From Octopus sinensis (lineage: Eukaryota), in assembly GCF_006345805.1 (NCBI RefSeq), contig NC_042999.1:4278001-4342000 (forward strand): a DNA stretch of 64,000 bases, in the 5' to 3' direction. The position numbers and the translations under genes were made by a program. Each line of letters starts with the position of its first letter. Positions within the stretch are counted from its first letter, which is position 1. Below are positions 63,311 to 64,000 of this stretch, one piece after another. The notes beneath the pieces are model-generated. The model was not told where the DNA came from and did not search any database. It saw nothing but the letters and a program-made list of their open reading frames with translations.

Positions 63311-64000
63311 TCCTTCATATAGTATTATATTTCTAACTTTAATGCCATTTATTCATAAAGTACGACTGTATGAACAACATGAGCCAGGTTTTAAATATCT
63401 TCTTCAAAACTGCAGCAAATTCACAAGCCGTGTTTTTACTTGACCTTTTGTATTCCTCCAGATTTTGTTTGGAACCTGTCTGTTGCATTAGTGTTCATCT
63501 GTTATAAAATTCAAAGCAATTGCCTTGTTTGTGAGCACAATATGAACCAGTATTGGGATATGGATTTATGAGCTACAATTCCAAAACCCAACTGAGATGC
63601 AAAAAGCCTCACAATCATAAGCAGATTGCTGCAGTGAACATTGTTATGAACTAGATCTTGACCCTTTCACCACCCCAGTACCTGACCTTCACTCAGAAGC
63701 TGTAAGAGGCTGACCTCAATAACAAGTTTGAATGCATATTCTTCACTAGGTCACTTCATCTAGAGGGAAAAGAAAAAGAAGAATGAGTGGAAGAAGAAGA
63801 AGAAGACAGTGATGACAGAACAAAAAGTAAAAACAAATATGATGATGATGATGATGCTAGATGAAGATCATATGTCTTACAAGGAGAAAATTATAATTGT
63901 AGTAGAGATAATAGATTAGAGAATAGAATGATAATGAGGGGAAAAGATGTTGGGAGGATGGAGAGGAAAGATGAAGGAGATGCTAGCATTTTATCTGAGC

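Noticed and set aside
58049-64000. Next alpha2delta exon (expected ...AIMLITDG...)
   Set aside because: No matching frame with splice sites found; for example the acceptor-like site near 63460 hits a stop.

Overview
Eukaryotic, AT-rich, microsatellite-laden genomic DNA. The repeat families look like those of an octopod cephalopod (Octopus), which is an inference from recognising them, not a database result. The only supported host gene is an internal part of a + strand voltage-gated calcium channel alpha-2/delta subunit gene (CACNA2D3/straightjacket-like). Six GT-AG exons (10046-10105, 18751-18934, 19025-19156, 21808-21871, 49813-49963, 57884-58048) give 756 nt, or 252 codons in one frame. 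They cover VWA_N/first dCache and most of the VWA domain, with introns of 90 nt to 27.9 kb. The rest of the gene lies outside the window. The introns are packed with retroelements: several tRNA-derived SINE families (called A, C and D here), a family sharing an RTE-LINE 3' tail (B), RTE, CR1-group and R4/Dong LINE fragments, Penelope-like elements with hammerhead-like motifs, a decayed full-length mariner and a hAT MITE. Almost all ORFs in the supplied track are artefacts of microsatellites or SINEs. The best leads are: (i) a Gln (CAA) at the ligand-binding Arg of the dCache amino-acid motif, one A-to-I edit from Arg; (ii) dsRNA-forming structures in this pre-mRNA, namely a 335-bp ~97% identical inverted pair, a 46-bp hairpin with A:C mismatches and inverted SINEs around exons; (iii) non-canonical hammerhead-like and three-way-junction motifs in a TE hotspot at 39.7-43.4 kb; (iv) a stop-free 90-nt intron. 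I see no clear evidence of a wholly new system, and the findings are hypotheses to test.
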